IMG/VR virus record: IMGVR_UViG_3300027793_000055
Span: 123,751-187,750 of that record
DNA from: a virus
Reading direction: 5' to 3' (one strand)
Length of the DNA stretch: 64,000 nt
The position numbers and the translations under genes were made by a program. Within the stretch, counting starts at the first letter, position 1. The number at the start of each line of letters is the position of its first letter. Shown in pieces: positions 63,082 to 64,000 of the stretch. Under the pieces are notes generated by a model. The model was not told where the DNA came from and searched no databases. It was given only the letters and a program-made list of their open reading frames with translations.

Positions 63082-63329
63082 TTTAAAACCTCAAAATCTT
63101 CTTCTTCAATAGAAGTTGTAAATACTCCGCGTTCATCTAATAAAACAACATTATGAACAGCCGGATTTGTAATCCAAGCAACAAAAAGATAAAGCTTATT
63201 TTTCTTTATATTACTATATAACATATTTTCGCGTTTACACTTTATCCAAGTATATGGTTGAAGATTTTGCATCTCTGATTTTTCTGAAATCGTTTTAATT
63301 GTTTTTTCAATTTTTGTTTTACGAGGCAT
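63078..63329 (-). CDS. hypothetical protein
   Basis: ORF track. Confidence 0.65.
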   Translation of the reverse strand: MPRKTKIEKTIKTISEKSEMQNLQPYTWIKCKRENMLYSNIKKNKLYLFVAWITNPAVHNVVLLDERGVFTTSIEEEDFEVLK

Positions 63330-63343
63330 TATTTATCTCCTTT

Positions 63344-63526
63344 TCAATCAATATGCGATACAAAAGCAAACCACCATAAACACAATCTTTTCACCGGGAA
63401 ACCATCATATAAATGATTTTCATATCCAAACATACGAATATCTTTTGGATAATATGCAAGATAATATGCAACATCGTTATGTGAAAAACCAATATATTTA
63501 TCTTTCCAAGAACCTATAAGTTTCAT
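63344..63526 (-). CDS. hypothetical protein
   Basis: ORF track. Confidence 0.6.
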   Translation of the reverse strand: MKLIGSWKDKYIGFSHNDVAYYLAYYPKDIRMFGYENHLYDGFPVKRLCLWWFAFVSHID

Positions 63527-63852
63527 TTATCACCAAACTTTTTCTTTAATCTTTCATATTCTTTCTTATCACGCTCTTCTTTATCTTCTTTCATTTTCTT
63601 TTTGAACTTTGCTGCTTTTTCTTCTTCTTTCATTCTTTTATTATATTCTTTATCAGTTTCCAATCTATAACCTTTGATGTGCCATTCTACTGATGCGTAA
63701 TCATCATCACTATACGAACTAACTAATAGACCGGTCCATTCACCACTCTTTTCTGCTTCTTTTGCAGCTTGTAAAGAGTTGATAAGATTATCTATTCCAT
63801 CATCAGGATCAATGGTTGAATGAGTATCAAAGACACGAACTTTATTTATCAT
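63523..63852 (-). CDS. conserved phage hypothetical protein
   Basis: RLETDKEY..R...KKEYERLKKKFG. Confidence 0.75.
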   Translation of the reverse strand: MINKVRVFDTHSTIDPDDGIDNLINSLQAAKEAEKSGEWTGLLVSSYSDDDYASVEWHIKGYRLETDKEYNKRMKEEEKAAKFKKKMKEDKEERDKKEYERLKKKFGDK

Positions 63853-64000
63853 TTATCACCAAGTTAAAATACGAGGACCGTAGTTTATTAGTTTATCAAA
63901 GTTTGCTTTATCAGTCAAGATCAAACTTTCCATATCATCATAGAATATAATATGGTTTTCTTTTGTTTCCATAACCCAACTTTCGGGAAATAGAGAACGA

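Noticed and set aside
1-64000. Alternative genetic code (TAG/TGA recoding)
   Set aside because: Conserved proteins are full length under code 11, gene packing is tight, TAG is used as a stop (e.g. 18668), and no suppressor tRNA is seen
1-64000. Prophage integrase, IS elements or rRNA
   Set aside because: No recombinase or transposase motifs, terminal inverted repeats or rRNA-like sequence seen

Overview
This is a 64-kb AT-rich segment of a large (jumbo/huge-type) tailed phage genome, with almost all real genes on the minus strand. Read in transcription direction (right to left), 64-47 kb holds DNA and nucleotide metabolism genes: ThyX, DnaE, PurA, dUTPase, a PMM-like HAD, two DNA methyltransferases with a probable REase, and an IMPDH/GMP-reductase family enzyme. 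47-38 kb holds chaperone and protease genes (ClpP-like, GroEL, glutaredoxin, Hsp20) and a myxobacterial-type Cys-repeat/vWA lipoprotein. 38-17 kb is an early/accessory region of many tiny ORFs, about 34 of them in the whole window sharing an SH3/KOW-like motif, driven by about 11 near-consensus sigma70 promoters and including a MoxR-vWA pair. A non-coding junction at 16.1-16.8 kb precedes 16-1 kb of probable virion/late genes, several of them enzymes with Glu-terminated leader peptides. Five tRNAs (Ser-ACT, Ala-TGC, Lys-TTT, Asn-GTT, Ile-TAT) and a 117-nt tRNA-like element were read directly from the sequence. The most striking unexplained structure is regulatory. Five early promoters share a fixed architecture of GATC inverted repeat, IHF-like site and sigma70 core. 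Six promoters carry GATC 5-6 bp upstream of the -10. A 14-GATC island resembling an oriC DUE sits at 4.0-4.2 kb, and the phage encodes a Dam-family methylase. No CRISPR array, rRNA or integrase is visible. All protein calls come from motifs recognised by eye; no database searches were run.
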